The translations under genes were made by a program, and so were the position numbers. Under the pieces are notes generated by a model, which was not told where the DNA came from, ran no database searches, and saw nothing but the letters and a program-made list of their open reading frames with translations. This document shows, in pieces, positions 56,408 through 57,115 of a stretch of 57,115 nucleotides of DNA. Within the stretch, counting starts at the first letter, position 1. Every line of letters starts with the position of its first letter. Where the stretch lies: the NCBI GenBank assembly GCA_964477805.1, contig CAYZEK010000002.1:1-57115 (forward strand), written 5' to 3'. Source of the DNA: an uncultured Candidatus Saccharibacteria bacterium (GTDB taxonomy: Bacteria; Patescibacteriota; Doudnabacteria; UBA920).

Positions 56408-57079
56408 CTATTTCTTCTTCTTATCAGATTCTGGCTGAGCTTTTACTAATGGCTTTACTTCGCCAGTAGAAATGATTTTGAGCATGCCAGTATTTGGACC
56501 AGGCACTGCGCCTTTTACCATTAACAAACCTTTGTCCAAATCTACATCTACAATTTGCAAGTTTTTAACAGTCACGTTTTGAGTACCCATATGACCAGCC
56601 ATGCGATGACCTTTATTGACGTGCTGTGGATAACGTTGTCCGATGGAACCTACTGAACGGGGTTTATCGTGACCATGAGATGCTGGGAAACCAGCAAATC
56701 CATGTCGTTTCATTCCACCAGCAAATCCTCGTCCCTTCATAACACCAACCACATTGACTATCTCACCTATTTCAAACTTACTCGCATCAATCTTATTGCC
56801 GACTGCATATTCTGCTATATCATTCACCCGAAATTCTACAAATTTTCCAAAATCACCCAAATTCTTACTATGACCGGTTTTTGGCTTATTGGTGTTTTTG
56901 CTACCAGCAACCTTTGCTGAAACTCCAACTTGAATAGCATTATATTTATCTTTGCCATCTGTGGTTTTGACTTGAGTGACTACCATTTCTGGGATTGAAA
57001 CCACAGTTACTGCCATTGCTTCGCCATTTTCTGCGAAATACTGGGTCATATTAAGTTTTTTTCCAACTATGAAATTCAT
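56408..57079 (-). CDS. rplC: 50S ribosomal protein L3
   Basis: VTQVKT, GRGFAGGMKRHGF motifs; first complete gene of the S10-type operon in this window. Confidence 0.96.
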   Translation of the reverse strand: MNFIVGKKLNMTQYFAENGEAMAVTVVSIPEMVVTQVKTTDGKDKYNAIQVGVSAKVAGSKNTNKPKTGHSKNLGDFGKFVEFRVNDIAEYAVGNKIDASKFEIGEIVNVVGVMKGRGFAGGMKRHGFAGFPASHGHDKPRSVGSIGQRYPQHVNKGHRMAGHMGTQNVTVKNLQIVDVDLDKGLLMVKGAVPGPNTGMLKIISTGEVKPLVKAQPESDKKKK

Positions 57080-57115
57080 GTCGTTACTTTTCTTGATACG
57101 AGAGGTCTGAACTTA

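Noticed and set aside
1-57115. Alternative genetic code (UGA recoded, as in some candidate phyla)
   Set aside because: TGA terminates well-defined genes (for example the response regulator at 404 and the 107-aa gene at 2522), and conserved proteins have normal lengths under the standard code.
1-57115. tRNA, rRNA, tmRNA, SRP RNA or RNase P RNA genes in the intergenic spacers
   Set aside because: No T-loop/acceptor-type pattern (GGTTCRAATCC or its complement) occurs in any spacer. The GGAA-containing hairpin at about 34052-34071 lacks the conserved SRP domain IV flanks. This was a by-eye scan only, so small RNAs cannot be excluded.
57080-57115. 3' end of rpsJ (S10) expected upstream of rplC
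   Set aside because: Only 36 nt are available, and none of the three frames gives a recognisable S10 C-terminus, so it is not supportable.

Overview
Gene-dense segment, about 60 of 64 genes on the minus strand, low-to-moderate GC. It reads cleanly in the standard code: TGA is used as a stop and all long ORFs are intact. The content resembles a reduced-genome Patescibacteria/CPR-type bacterium, but that placement is inference. Left to right: a truncated SpoU/TrmH methyltransferase and a two-component pair (1-2.8 kb); dinB, mreB, a divergent PEGA-domain gene, rnhA and recJ (2.9-10.1 kb); a long co-linear sugar-phosphate cluster, gpmI-eno-pgk-gap-fba-PfkB kinase-split transketolase-rpe ... rpiB-tpiA-galT (10.1-23.3 kb); ruvX, htrA, dnaX and a GtrA-like gene (23.3-29.8 kb). 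At the right end is the rplC-to-secY ribosomal operon (46.7-57.1 kb), which has no L30 gene between rpsE and rplO. Between these lies a roughly 16.7-kb block (29.8-46.6 kb) that is the interesting part. It sits directly behind secY where adk/map/infA normally follow, and it is bounded by a perfect 17-bp direct repeat. It holds 12 genes, most with no family I can recognise. The ones I can partly assign are a membrane-anchored T4SS-coupling-protein-like P-loop ATPase, a four-TM protein with SLT lytic-transglycosylase-like and M15/LAS-peptidase-like motifs, two GT-C-like polytopic proteins, and an 8-TM protein ending in a PA-IL/LecA-like beta domain. An 884-aa acidic/glycine-zipper protein and several small proteins remain unassigned. 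A subset of these genes, plus one isolated 85-aa gene at 20.8 kb, share a promoter architecture (TTGACWAAAT, 17-nt spacer, -10) and strong Shine-Dalgarno sites. Most housekeeping genes I checked lack both. I found no rRNA, tRNA, CRISPR array, integrase or transposase. All functional calls come from reading motifs by eye; no database search was possible.
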